Shown: piece by piece, positions 50,835 to 64,000 of the stretch
How positions within the stretch are numbered: position 1 is the stretch's first letter
How the letters are laid out: each line of letters opens with the position of its first letter
Source of the DNA: Octopus vulgaris
Taxonomy: Eukaryota
DNA length: 64,000 nt
Reading direction: 5' to 3'
Assembly (NCBI GenBank): GCA_951406725.2
Contig: OX597826.1
Location: 74,834,001-74,898,000, forward strand
Position numbers and translations under genes: made by a program
Notes under the pieces: generated by a model
The model's input: the letters and a program-made list of their open reading frames with translations, nothing else
What the model was told of the DNA's origin: nothing
Database searches by the model: none

Positions 50835-50959
50835 CGTTCCTCCCATTTGCTCCATCAGTTTATCTCGACTGATAAATTCTTGAATTGTGCCTTTGTCAAC
50901 AAATTTTATTTTCTGAACTGCTTCGGGACTTAGCCATGTCTTGATAATTTTCCAAGCAG
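50835..50959 (-). CDS. MOSPD2: MOSPD2 exon, end of CRAL-TRIO domain ((A)AWKIIKTWLSPEAVQKIKFVDKGTIQEFISRDKLMEQMGGT)
   Basis: tttgtatttccgtAG / ACG|GTAATT, 125 nt, phase 1->0; Sec14/CRAL-TRIO C-terminal pattern (WKIIKTWL..KIKF..MGGT). Confidence 0.95.
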
Positions 50960-51068
50960 CTACGGAAATACAAAGGAAAAGAATTTATGTTAACAAGCAG
51001 TAAAAAAGAGTTGAGACAAACAGGCTGGTTTTGCCATGACAGGTGTGTTGGAAAATAATGTGGTATCT

Positions 51069-51124
<56 letters not shown>

Positions 51125-51267
51125 ATTTCAACAATTGAGGGTAAAATTAATTAATTATTAATCAATTTCACCAAGTGTTCAGTATGCAAAGGGACCATTT
51201 AAGGCGAATTTATTTTACTAAGCCCTTTTATATAATGTAATAATTTATATATATATATATATATATA

Positions 51268-52490
51268 TGTGTACGAACAGCTATGCTACATGGCAGTGAA
51301 ACATGGGCCGTGACTGCTGAGGACATGCGTAAATTCGTGAGGAACGAAGCCAGTATGCTCCGATGGATGTGTAATGTCAGTGTACTTACTCGACAGAGCG
51401 TTAGTACCTTGAGAGAAATGTTGTACCTAAGAAGCATCAGTTGTTGTGTGCAAGAGAGACGATTGCGCTGGTATGGTCATGTGGCGAGAATGGATGAAGA
51501 GAGGTGTGTGAGAAAGTGCCAATCCCTAGCAGTTGAGGGAACCCGTGGAAGAGGTAGACCCAGGAAAACCTGGGACGAGGTGGTGAAGCACGACCTTCGG
51601 ACGTTAGGTCTCACCATGGAAATGACTAGAGACCGAGACCTATGGAAGTATGCTGTGCGTGAGAAGACCCGGCAAGACTAGTGAAGCCATAATCCGTGGC
51701 CCCTACCTGGGACGTAGTCAGTCCACCTGTGCATACCTTCCTTCTTGTGACACTTGTGAAGACCTGTTGAGGCAAGTGAGAATCGAATCGTATCAAATCA
51801 AATCGAACCAAATCAAAATAGATGAACATCAATGGAATTTGTATCCTTGTGGTACCAGTGCCGGTGGCACATAAGAAAACCATCCGAACGTGACCGTAGC
51901 CAGTACCGCAATGACTGGCCTCCGTGCTGAGGGCACGTAACAAACACCATCCGAGCGTGGCCGTCCGCCAGCCTCGTCTAGCACCTGTGTCGGTGACACA
52001 TAAGAAAACACCATCCGAGCGTGGCCGTCTGCCAGCCTCGTCTGGCACCTGTGTCGGTGGCACATAAAAAACACCATCCGAGCGTGGCCGTCTGCCAGCC
52101 TCGTCTGGCACCTGTGTCGGTGGCACATAAAAAACACCATCCGAGCGTGGCCGTCTGCCAGCCTCGTCTGGCACCTGTGTCGGTGGCACATAAAAAACAC
52201 CATCCGAGCGTGGCCGTCTGCCAGCCTCGTCTGGCACCTGTGTCGGTGGCACATAAAAAACACCATCCGAGCGTGGCCGTCTGCCAGCCTCGTCTGGCAC
52301 CTGTGTCGGTGGCACATAAAATCACCCACTACACTCTCGGAGTGGTTGGCGTTAGGAAGGGCATCCAGCTGTAGAAACACTGCCACATCTGACTGGCCTG
52401 GTGCAGCCTTCGGGCTTCCCAGACCCCAGTTGAACCGTCCAACCCATGCTAGCATGGAAAGCGGACGTTAAATGATGATGAATGATGATG
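51268..52490 (+). mobile_element. Second RTE LINE copy, 5'-truncated
   Basis: ORF 51283-51681 differs from the 16196 copy at one of 132 aa; same 3'UTR and (GAT)n tail. Confidence 0.96.
51945..52320. repeat. 63-bp tandem repeat array (6 units) in the RTE 3'UTR
   Basis: Unit GTGGCCGTCTGCCAGCCTCGTCTGGCACCTGTGTCGGTGGCACATAAAAAACACCATCCGAGC; the other copy has 4 units (about 15670-15940). Confidence 0.95.
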
Positions 52491-52502
52491 ATATATATAT
52501 AT

Positions 52503-52830
52503 GTGAAGGCGCATGGCTCAGTGGTTAGAGCGTCGAGCTTACGATCGTGAGGTTGTGAGCTCGAATCCCGGACCGGGCTGTGTGTTGTGTTCTCGAGCAA
52601 GGCACTTTATTTCACGTTGCTCCAGTTCACTCAGCTGTAGAAATGAGTTGCGACGTCACTGGTGCCAAGCTCTATCAGCTTTTGCCTTTCCCTTGGATAA
52701 CACTGGTGGCGTGGAGAGGGGAGGCTGGTATGCATGGGCGACTGCTGGTCTTCCATAAACAACCTTGCCCGGACTTGTGTCTAGGAGGGTAACTTTCTAG
52801 GTGCAATCCCATGGTCATTCATGACCGAAG
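52503..52830 (+). mobile_element. tRNA-derived SINE (another family)
   Basis: GAAGGCGCATGGCTCAGTGGTTAGAGCG..GCTCGAATCCCGG head followed by CAAGGCACTTTATTTCACGTTGCTCCAG. Confidence 0.8.
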
Positions 52831-55299
52831 GGGGTCTTTACCCTTTTATATATATATATCACCATGACCGACCAGGCTATCAGATGTTGCTACACATCGC
52901 TGGCCACAATGCACTTCACATTGTTTTACCCTTTAAATGACGCCACCCCGCTGACTAAGCAAGCAGGTCAACAGAAGAAAGAGTGAGAGAAAGTTGTGGC
53001 GAAAGAGTACAGCAGGGATCGCCACCCACCCCTGCCGGAGCTTCATTGAGCTTTAGGTCTTTTCACTCAATAAACACTTACAACGCCCTGCCTGGGAATC
53101 GAAACCGCGATCCTACAACCACAAGTCCGCTGCTCTAACCACTGGGCCATTGCGCCTCATGTCTCCTGTGCTGGTGGCACATAAAAGCACCATTCGAGCA
53201 TAGTCAATGCCAGCACTGCCACCCGACTGAACCCCATGCCGGTGGCATGTAAAAAGCACCCACTACATTCTTGAAGTGGCTGGTGTTTGGAAGGGCATCC
53301 AGCTGTAGAAACCTTGCCAGATCAGACTGGAGCCATGTGCAGCCTCCTGGCTTCCCAGTCCTCAGTCAAGCAATCGAACCCATGCCAGTATGGAAAACGG
53401 ACGTTACATGATGATATATATATATATATTCATTATCATCATAATTTCACATCTGTTTTTCACACTGGCATGGGTTGGACGGTTGGACAGGAACTGGCAA
53501 AGCCCGGAGCCACACGAGGTTCCGTAGTTTATTTCTACAGCTGGATGTCCTTCCTAATGCGAACCACTTTACAGAGGGTACTGGGTGCCTTTTACTTGGC
53601 ATCGGCACCAGTATTTTATACACAGCACTATCATTAGTGCTTTTTATATGGCACCAACACCAGTGCTGCTTCTATATATATATATATATATATGAGCAGA
53701 AAGGCAAAGAAAGAATAACAGGCATTAGGAATGTATTTATATGAAAAATTGCCTTAATTGAACATGTGTAATTTGCATACTTTGGCACAGGAAAGGCATC
53801 CAGCATGCACTATAAAGTGGTTGGCATTAGGAAGGGCATCCAGCTGTAGAAACCATGCCAAATCAGACTGGAACTTGCTACAGCTAACTTGCCAGCTCTG
53901 GTCAAACCAGCCAACTCATGGCAGCATGGAAAACACATGTAAAATAGTGGTGGTGGTGGTGGTGGTGGCAGCGATGACGACGATGAATATATGAGAATCT
54001 GTGACCTCTATTTTTGGTAAGAAATTGGTAACAGTTTTAATGATCATATTAGCAACCAAAAAAAGAAAAAAAGAAGTTTTATGAGTCTTTACAGGAAAAT
54101 TTTATGTCAATTTTAATGATCATGTCAGGAAGTTATGGCCATGGTGCAAGAAAGAGAGAATCATGATTTGTGGAGGGTTGCAGTGCAAATGACCTTAACC
54201 AATCTGCAACAGAAACTTGAGTTGAGTAAACTAACGAATCATCCAGTCATTAACCACTGGAGGGGGGATGAGAGCCAAACAGACTTTGTATTTAGCAGAA
54301 AGCAAAACAGGTTGGTGGCTGAGTATATCTACTGATTTCCTGCTGAAGAATTTGCTCCTAAGCATGGGTTAGTGATTTTAGTTTGAGGATGAGGCAGACT
54401 TTGAAACAAAACACAAGAGAAAGAAAATATGGAAGTTTTCTAAAAAAAAAAAAGTATTCTTGTTTAGAAAAACTTCCAAACATAATTAGGAGGGGGGTGT
54501 TTTGATAAGTTGAAGAAACGGTTATAAAGTTGAAATCTGAGTCTTTTTAAGATACAAGATGCTGCATGACTGGTTTTTCTAATGAAGTAAGGAACCAGTG
54601 AGGTTGTGGATAAGAGATGGTTTGGGAATGAGTGGAAGAAAGTGGGATGTAGAGATTAATAGCAAGAAGTTTATCAGGAAAGAAGATATGAGGCGGATCT
54701 AACCAGGAGAAAATCTGAAGAGAGATGAATAAAGTGAAATATTTTGAATTGCCAAGTAGAGAGGTGATATGAAATAAAATGGTGATTAAGTGAAGTCTTC
54801 AGTTGTTGGTTGTCAGGGCACTGCATCCTTCAAATCTTCCATGCTTCCTGAGATTCGCCAACACTACACCTGATTTTCTTCCCTCCATACACATGCAAGC
54901 ATGTATCTGACTCATACACTGTTCACTTTCCAGACATTTGTACATTACTGCATATGCTTTATACACACTTTTGACAAGTTGTGGTGCATCTGAGCACTGT
55001 ATACAATAATTTCATTATATATTATTATATAAGAAAAAAAGGAGGCATGGAAGTGCTTCTGTGAGGTGAGCTTGAATGGGATAACAAGGGATCCAACAGA
55101 GGTACCAGCTTCTGAGATTAGCTTCAATATGATAAACATTAACAAGGAAATGAGGACAGGTCTATCAGGAAAAACAGCGGGTCTATTACAGTTTCTTGGG
55201 GTGTTGAAAGCATCTGGCATATTCTGTTATTCTTTTAATAGTTTCAGCTCAAGAGCCGTGGCCATGCTGGAGCACCACTATAGGGGAATTATTTATGCT

Positions 55300-55585
55300 G
55301 TGGAAGCATAGGCCTAGTGATTAGAACAGCAGACTCACGGTCGAGGGATCGCGGGTTCGAATCTCAGACCGGGCGATGTGTGTGTTTATGAGCGAAACAC
55401 CTAAGCTCCACGTGGCTCCGGCAGAGGGTAATGGCGAACTTCTGCTGACTCTTTCGCCACAACTTTCTCTCACTCTTTCCTCTTGCAACTCACTTGCGAT
55501 GGACTGGCATCCCATCCAGGTGGGGAACCTATACGCCAAGGAAACCGGGAAACCGGCCCTTATGAGCCAGGGATGGCTCAACAAG
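55300..55585 (+). mobile_element. SINE family C variant
   Basis: Reverse-complement match to 11288-11577. Confidence 0.85.
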
Positions 55586-56359
55586 GAACAAAAATGAATT
55601 ATTTATGCTGTTAATGTCTAACCCAAAAGCCAGTCCTGACTGAGCAGATCTACAATCAAAAGCAATTCGGTTATGATTATCCTGTCCTTTATTCAGACAC
55701 AATGAATCTATAATCATATTATCCAATGTGGCCTTCCATTCTTTACGATAGCAGGGTGTGATTTAAAAATTTGGCTGCTACGTCTAACAGGTTAAGTGAA
55801 CATGCTATCTTCAATGACCCTATCATCATAAACTGGTACAAAGGCAGAGGAGAAAGTACAGCTTCAAAACCCTGAAATTGGTGGGTTTAATCTTAAATTT
55901 AACTAAGAAGGGTGAATTCAGAATAGGATTATCCAACTTGCATTTGTCTGAGAAATACCATATTTCTAAAGGGAACACAGAAGCAAAAAAAGTTAGTCAG
56001 TAAGAAGGCACAAAATGCCATGCCATCCTGGAAGAGGCTTTTGTCAATACACAGGAAAAAGGAAAGCTAGGACTTGATATTGTGTACCCAATACAGGTAA
56101 AGGGGACTCCATGTGTACATGGGGTCACTAGCAGGCTGACAAAACAACGAGTTTCAGATTTGATGGCTACACCTACATAGTTAACTAGGGGACAGCCAAT
56201 TCATGCCAGATACCTGACAAGCCATAGTCGATGGTTTCTGTTGGTTAAAGGATTTGATTAATGTGGGAGATGGGTGTTACGAAAGTATAGGGACTGGAAG
56301 GGTTGTAAAGGTTTAGGAAGTTGTAAATTCTGTCAGTAATAAAGGCTTCCCTATTAATC

Positions 56360-56782
56360 CTTTCTACTATAGGCACAGGGCCTGATATTTGGGGGGAGGG
56401 GACTAGTCGATTACAGAATCGGTAGCACGCCGGGCGGAATGCGTAGCTGTATTTCGTCTGTCTTGACGTTCTGAGTTCAAATTCCGCCGAGGTTGACTTT
56501 TCCTTTCATCCTTTCGGGGTCGATAAATTAAGTACCAGTTACGCACTGGGGTCGATGTTATCGACTTAATCCGTTTGTCTGTCCTTGTTTATCCCCTCTA
56601 TGTTTAGCCCCTTGTGGGCAATAAAGAAACAGATTACATCAACCCCAGTACTCCAACAGTATTTATTTCATCGACCCCGAAAGGATGAAAAGTAAAGTCG
56701 GCCTTGGTGGAATTTGAACTCAGAGTGTGAGGACAGGCAAAATACTGCTCAGTGTGTGCTAATGATTCTGCCAGCTTGCCAC
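56360..56782. mobile_element. SINE A (+, about 56416-56631) nested in an older SINE A (-), with GATTACA target duplication
   Basis: GATTACA at 56409-56415 and 56632-56638 brackets the inner copy. Confidence 0.8.
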
Positions 56783-57015
56783 CTAAATAGGCTTCCTTAT
56801 TAAAGTGGATGAATTAACGAGTAAAAAATGTGGTGCTGCACAGTAATGACACACAGGTATTGAGTGCAACATGCATGCAGATACTAGAGAGAAACCAAGT
56901 AAGCACAATCCATAAGAACTGTGGTGCCCAACCATTTCTTTTACCTGCAGACCCCTTTGATTTCTGTTTTGCTCAACAAGACCCCCACCCATAGCCATGC
57001 GATGTTACATTTATA

Positions 57016-57385
57016 TCTTTTACTCTTTTACTTGTTTCAGTCATTTGACTGTGGCCATGCTGGAGTACCGCCTTTAGTCTTACGAATCGACCCCAGGACT
57101 TATTCTTTGTAAATCTAGTACTTATTCTATTGGTCTCTTTTGCCGAAGCGCTAAGTTACGGGGACAAACACAGACACACAAACATATACACACACATACA
57201 TATATATATATACATATATACGACGGGCTTCTTTCAGTTTCCATCTACCAAATCCACTCACAAGGATTTGGTTGGCCCGAGGCTATAGTAGAAGACACTT
57301 GCCCAAGGTGCTACACAGTGGGACTGAACCTGGAAACCATGTGGTTTGTAAGCAAGCTACTTACCACACAGCCACTCCTGCGCCT
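57016..57385 (-). mobile_element. SINE family B
   Basis: Family B body and head. Confidence 0.88.
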
Positions 57386-59213
57386 ATCAAATATAATTAA
57401 ATATCATTAGGAACTGTATAAAAAAAATTAAAATATTTTATGTATTGTAGAAGTATAAGCGATTTGTTGCAACAAAATCTTATATGGATCCTGCCAAGGG
57501 TCATACGGCCCTTAGATGAAGGGTCTGTGTTAGAATATAATGTTAACCAGGAATGAAAAGCAGAGCACAAGGGAGCAGGGAGAAAGAGTTTGAAATTAAA
57601 AGGCATCACCTGATATTTAATATAGGCAAGAGATGTGATTATTATTAGTGTGGCACAGATACATCATTAGGTAATGACTAAGAGAGGAGTGCTACATGTG
57701 GAAGGTATTCATGGAGGAGGGGAAGGCGAGGAAAATGTGGCACGAAACAATGAGATCAGAAAGAGACGAGACCGAATGAAAAATGATGCCAAAAGACAAT
57801 GAGAAATGGCAGTGAGTATATCCATATGTGTTCCCTAATTGTAAATCTCTTTCTTTCTTTCTCTCTCTCTCCTTCTTTCTCTCTTTCATGCCAGTATGGA
57901 AGAGAGGATGTTAACCCCTTTAATATTTAAATCAGCCATATCTTATTTCTATACTGCCCACAAGGGGCCACACGGAGGGGACAAAGAAGGACAGACAAAC
58001 GGAGAAACCGAGACAATGTAGGACAGAGGGAACTCTTTAGTCTTTCCAAGGATAAAGAGATTTGAACCATAGAAACTATGCCAAAAATTAAACAGACAAG
58101 AAAGACATAGACCTCCAGTTTGTCTAAAAGGACAGTAACTCTGAATAAGAAATAACTGGACTGTCATGACACATCTAACCCATGCTGTCATGGAAAAACA
58201 GACAAAGAATTATGATGATGGTGATAACATCATTTAGGAGTAATTCTAATGCATTTTGTTAGAACCGTTCCTTTTTTGAATATCCAGTCCCAAGAGCAAT
58301 TTCATTCCGTGCCTGAATTTTGGTGAGATGTTTTGGCTTTCTTAAAAATTATATTGAGGTCCTCTTGACCTTTTTGGGGTCACTTTTCAGCCAAATCAGT
58401 TCAGTGTTCTTTTATCTACACAGACAACCTGAGATAAGTGTCTATGAGTGTGTGTATGTATGTGTGTGTGCATGTGTGTGTGTGTGTACATGTCTCTGCA
58501 TGTATGATTGTATGTGTCTCAGTATATGTTTATCTTGCGTCTGTAAATTTATGTGCATTTGCGTCTATGTGTATCTGTTAGTGTGTGTGTGTGTGTGTGT
58601 GTGTGAGTGCCTGTCAGTATATAAGTGTGTGTGTGTTTGTCAGAATATGTATGTGTTTATGCCAATGCATGTATGTACCCCTCTATGTGTATCCAGTAAC
58701 TCCTTGCCATATTGCAGTTCACCTAGTGCACACTCAGTACATCACGATTCACCTATCACGCACTCAGCACATCGCAGGGTCCTCAGTACATCACGGCTTT
58801 CTGCAACCGATTGGTATTTAGATTTTTTTAGATTTTACTCATTTCTGTGGGAGGTTTTGGAAAGTAACACCCACAATAGTCAAGGGGTTACTGTATACCC
58901 ATATCATTGTACAGTTATATTCTCCATTACAGAACATTATATAACAAAGATATAATTCACACTGCACCATATACATCACAAATATCCTCTATGCTATATA
59001 ATATAAAAATATAAATAAATGCGCCCTTTTAAATCCTAGCCAGGCTCATGGGCCTGGTTTCCCGGTTTCTATGGTGTGTGTGCTCCCCAGCTGGACGGGA
59101 CGCCAGTCCATCGCAGTGTTACTCATTTTTGCCAGCTGAGTGGACTGGAGCAACATGAAATGAAGTGTTTTGCTCAAGAACACTATATAATATACCACTG
59201 ATATATTCTACAC

Positions 59214-59488
59214 CAGTGCTTCTCAAACTATCTGATGTGGTGTACTGGCAGGGTTTTTTTCCAGTGTGCCAGGGACCGGTAATATTAATTTATACTGGAA
59301 ACAATATATATAATGAATATAGTAAAAGCTGACAATTTTTTATCTTAGATTTATTTTGTAAACAAATAATACAACACTACATAAACATTTTATAATGTTT
59401 CTTTCTTTTCTGGAAACTCACCGCGTACCGGCAGCTGATGGCTCACAGACCAGTACTGGTCCGTGGACCACCACTTTGAGAAGCACTG
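59214..59488. mobile_element. hAT-type MITE with perfect 8-bp TSD
   Basis: TIRs CAGTGCTTCTCAAA / TTTGAGAAGCACTG; TSD TTCTACAC at 59206-59213 and 59489-59496. Confidence 0.92.
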
Positions 59489-61371
59489 TTCTACACTACA
59501 TTATATATCATTAATAGACTACAGTATACTATATACCACAGTTAAACACTGCACTATATTATATACCACAATTATTGAGTACACAACATACCACAGTTAT
59601 ATACAATACAGCATACCATAGTTATATACTACATTATATAGTATAGATATACTATAGATATACACTGCATGACAATATACACAATAGTTAAATACTAAAT
59701 TGAAATAAAAACACAGTTAGGTATTACACTAATTATAAAACCAGTAATACACTTAATTATATACTGTTATACACGACAAGTGTATGATCTGCTACAATTT
59801 GTACAAGGTGCAGTGAAAGGTGTGAACTGAATTCAAATTGAACTTATTATTTACCATTTCTAACATAGACACAAGACCACAAACTTTAGAGGAAGGGGTC
59901 AGCCGCCAATTTAACCCCTTTAACATTCAAAACGGCCATATCAGGCCCAAATATTCTACCTGTTCTATGTTCAAACTGACCAGATCAGAGCTCTCGCAAC
60001 TACCCTGCAATGTCATTCTCAAAGTAAACAAACACATCAGTGAAATCTCAAAGCTATGAGATAAAGCATAATTAATTCAAAACAATGTGAATAAATAATC
60101 ATTACATTTGACAGAGTGATCTGAAAGTTAAAGGGTTAAACAGACCCCGGTACGTGACTGGTACCTTATTTTATCAACATCAAAATTATGAAAGGCAAAG
60201 CTGATTCAAAGTGGGATTTGAACTCAGGGTGTAGTGAGCCAGAACAATTACTTCAAGGCATCTTGTCCAATACTCTGACAATTCTGCCAATCCACCAACC
60301 ACCCTTATTAAATATCAACAAAGGGTGCGTACATAAGTGGGTCTTCATGATGAAAAGTTACCCCCAGATAGTTCTGTGGGTGGATTTAGCTATGTATAAA
60401 CAGTGTAATATCAGCTAAGTAGTTCTGTAATTGAGAAGACAGCCAAGGTAAATGAATAGCATAGCTCAGTGGGTGGATTGAGAGAGAGGGGGGAGAGGGG
60501 GTGATATCTATAAAAACATAGTAAAACAAATACAAAAAAAAAATGATGGAAGAGATAATGAGGATTTTTCTAAGCTTGGAAAAAGGCCACTGTAAATATT
60601 TGTGGGAGGATACAGCTGAATAAATGTTGGTTTGTAATTATCTTAACAACCCTTGAAGAATGAAATGTTAAGTTGACATCGGAAAGGTCTGAACTCAGAG
60701 CAAACTACAAATAGTACAGGGTATTTTGTGGGGTCCTCAACCAGCTGATTTCTAATTTAGGTGATCACAACTAATACTGACGCAGAGAGAGAGGAGAGAG
60801 GAATAATTTGGTGAGAAAACAAGATTAGCATATGAAAACACACACACATACACACATACATACACACACCTGCACACAAACATACACAGACAGATTAATA
60901 CCATGCACAAATATACTCATAGATACATATGTATATACAAACTGGTAATTTCTTCCATTTCTCCAGGTAAGACTGACCGGTGGTTTTCACAGGATGTCAT
61001 ATTTCAACAGTGTCTACCTTTCTCATTTGAAGAAGCAGGTATGAAGGATGGGGGGGGGGGAGGGGAGTCCAACAACACCATGAATAGAACATGTAAAGAC
61101 AGGTTTACATTAATTTTATGGCAGGTAGAAACTTGACCTGAGACTCACTTACAGCAATACATACCTGTACACAGAAACAACAATACACCTACAGTGATAC
61201 TACACCTGTCTGTGATAAAAACTCGTTAAATGAATATCTATACATTTCAGGCCTTGTGACTAGAGCAGAAAAGAGTATTTATTAACAGAAAGCCACATCA
61301 TAAATAGATCAGAATTCTCCCAATGTGTCAATATCGCAGGTGAAGCTTTCAAATTTGTGGTCGCTTCACTT

Positions 61372-61684
61372 GCTAGAAATAACAGCCAAATCTCAAATCA
61401 CACTCTACCGTCTTAAAATTAAAAGGAATGATGCAGTAGATAAATGTTGTCATGGATACACAAAAATATGGGATGGTTATGACTGGAATGTCTTTGATCA
61501 AAGGTCTGCTCGTTAAGCTAGAAATAACAGCCAAATCTCAAATCACACTCTACCGTCTTAAAATTAAAAGGAATGATGCAGTAGATAAATGTTGTCATGG
61601 ATACACGAAAATATGGGATGGTTATGACTGGAATGTCTTTGATCAAAGGTCTGCTCGTTAAGCTAGAAATAACAGCTAAATCTC
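61372..61684. repeat. Tandem duplication, 145-bp unit x about 2.15
   Basis: GCTAGAAATAACAGC restarts at 61372, 61517 and 61662; units are nearly identical. Confidence 0.95.
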
Positions 61685-64000
61685 TTTCACACAACACTTA
61701 ACTGCCAGCGAAAAAGAGAGATGACAGTAGTTAGAACCCTTTTGATCATTGACATCAAAACAACAACAGCTTTGGCTCCTAGCTTTGTTTTGTGCTTCCT
61801 CTGCAGACGTCTGAAAACCATCGAGGGTGAAAGATGAGAAGGATGCACGCATTCATACAAAGCAGACACGAGAATGGTGAAAGACACGTGTGAGTGTTGT
61901 TGTGGCAGGGGTGACGTTTGATATTTGTAAAAGGTAAGGTCAGGTCAGAGTGAAAAAGGCCGCCGTGCCAGGATGTAAACATGCTCCCTCCCTGCAGAGA
62001 TTACACCTCTTTAGCTGAGAGATTAAATTAAAACATTGCGGTGAGGGAAGAAATCAATAACGATCAAAGTACACACTCTACACACCACAGGCATCACATG
62101 TATGTTTAGATTACGTATGTATGCGTGTCACTATATATATATAGAATCGTTTGTAGAAATACATCAATCCGGAGGAGAAGCACTCTAAGATGTAGAGCAG
62201 TTAATATTATAGTGCGGTAGGCCGGTTTATGGGGTTAGCCTGGGTTTCTCGCTCCTAAGGGGTTTAGCTTTACAGCGTATCCACAGACCCCAAAATACTG
62301 CTGGCCTGAGACCTCCACCCTACATGCACACACGGGTGCATTTAGTTGTGAGTGTGCATGTAACCTGCAAAGTCAAAAGTTTTAGAGATCTTGGAGATGG
62401 TCGAACACAACGTGTAGTTTAAGAGTTGAGAGAAACTCTATACTTTGTACGAAATATAAACTATAGATGCACGCGAGACATGCAGTGGGATTACAAACAC
62501 AGGGAGAAGAAATATTTTGTGGTAGATGCGAAATAGTTAGTAGTAAGTGCATCCGTACGATGAACTGTATCAAATGCTCGGATGGTCCCGAGGTAAATGT
62601 AGGTCTGATAGCTTCCGTAACCTAGGTGACCTAAAAACAAAGATGCTATGTCTCCAAGAGAAGGACAGACTGCATGATGCTTGTGTGGTGTGGTAAACGA
62701 AACATGGGCATCGAATAGGAGGGATGGAAGAAGAGAGAAGAAAAAAAGAAACTGAGGCAAATATGTTCCGCAGGATGTGTAATGTTAATGTGTGCATGAA
62801 TGAACAACGGAGCAGAAATAGGCTGAAGGGAAACAAACAAAAACTGGGTGACCTAGAATGGACATGTGATTACGAATGCAAAGAAGGCTGACGGTTGGGA
62901 CGAAGTGTCGAGTAGACCAAAGTGGAAGGGATGTACGGAAGGGGAACGAGGGAAGACTTAGGATGAAGGGATGAGAACTGGTCTCAGAAGGTTGGACTTC
63001 ACGAAGGCGACGACAAAGGCCTAACAAACAATAAATGGCGAGACACCACTGTTCTAGAGAACGACCCGACCAACAAAAGAGCGCACAGAAAAGCTGGCTT
63101 AAAATTACTATTTATATATATACATACATACATATATATAGTAACCTGCGTAGAGCGATGTATTAAGCTGAATGTCGGTGAGATTTGTATGAAGCTGAGG
63201 TGTAATAGAGTTTGTCCATTGTGCAACTGCGTAAGCAGGAAATAAGCTAAATATTGCACCAACTTGTACAGATAAAGGCACCTGATATTTTAATATTTAA
63301 ACTGGTTTTCAACAGCAAATGCTAATAACAGTCAACTCAACTCTTAATATATGCAGCTTTCTTACACTGGTTTGGTATCAGACATTATTATTATTAAGCC
63401 GACGCGGGGTTTTCTTTTTTTGGTGATTAGGTGTTTTTGGAATGTTGTGGTCTGCATGCGATGTGACGTCACAGGAAAGGTAAAAAAAAAACAACAAAAA
63501 CAAAAAAGAGGCGAAAGTGAAAACACATTTTCAAGGTGACGAACAACGACCAATGTTGACATGAAACAATAATAATACTCTTCTGAACGAATGCCTCCTT
63601 AATATAAAATGTATACATAACAAATGCACGCATACCGATATTTATACATAGAAATACATACTATAATTTATTATAAATTATACTATAATTATATATATAG
63701 TATATATATATATAGTATATATATATATAGTATATATATATATATAGTATAATAAATTATGCTATAATTTTTCTTTTCCTTATACATATAAATATATAAA
63801 CATACATGTAAACACAGACACACATTGAGAGTTACTGTAGCAGATATTTATGCATGCTATATATACATATATATATATATTAGTAAATTATCGAAACAAA
63901 TGTCACGGTTCAATAGAAATGGTGAAGAGAGAGAGAGAAGGAAATGTAGATTACCTTAGATAGGGAGGGTTATAGGAGTGTGGTTGCAATGTCTGCACTC

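Noticed and set aside
54100-54780. ORF 54135-54335 as a gene
   Set aside because: Looks like a decayed LINE endonuclease remnant (SQTDFVFSRK..EE..KHGLVI) with stops.
60993-61038. Plus-strand AG..GT bounded segment (DVIFQQCLPFSFEEA)
   Set aside because: Short, no recognisable homology, no partner exons.
63146-63281. Minus-strand open segment as a possible upstream MOSPD2 exon
   Set aside because: No CRAL-TRIO similarity (no MPW motif) and a weak donor; the upstream exons are presumed outside the window.

Overview
AT-rich, microsatellite- and SINE-dense animal genomic DNA. The SINE/RTE repertoire and (TA)n/(CA)n load look like an octopus (coleoid cephalopod) genome, which is an inference. Nearly all ORFs in the supplied track are repeat artefacts. 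Real gene content found by reading splice sites: (1) nine minus-strand coding exons (50959->32098) of a MOSPD2 orthologue (end of CRAL-TRIO domain, MSP domain, coiled coil, C-terminal TM anchor), whose 5' exons lie beyond the right edge and whose 3'UTR appears spliced; (2) the promoter and exon 1 (MREIVHMQAGQCGNQIGAK|gt) of a beta-tubulin on the minus strand, with no exon 2 recognised in the 13.9 kb downstream; (3) an unassigned plus-strand exon at 2183-2307. Mobile elements: two near-identical RTE-clade LINE copies, a full-length dead mariner, a fold-back Tc1/mariner-superfamily element, hAT/TTAA/mariner MITEs, a non-autonomous Helitron and several tRNA-SINE families. The most notable signal is a set of about seven minimal type-I hammerhead ribozyme motifs (Penelope/retrozyme style), including two copies of a tRNA-headed SINE that carries a hammerhead. 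Also notable are a SINE family built from variable numbers of ~183-bp units joined at one fixed tRNA-loop position, and an intron packed with long inverted repeats.
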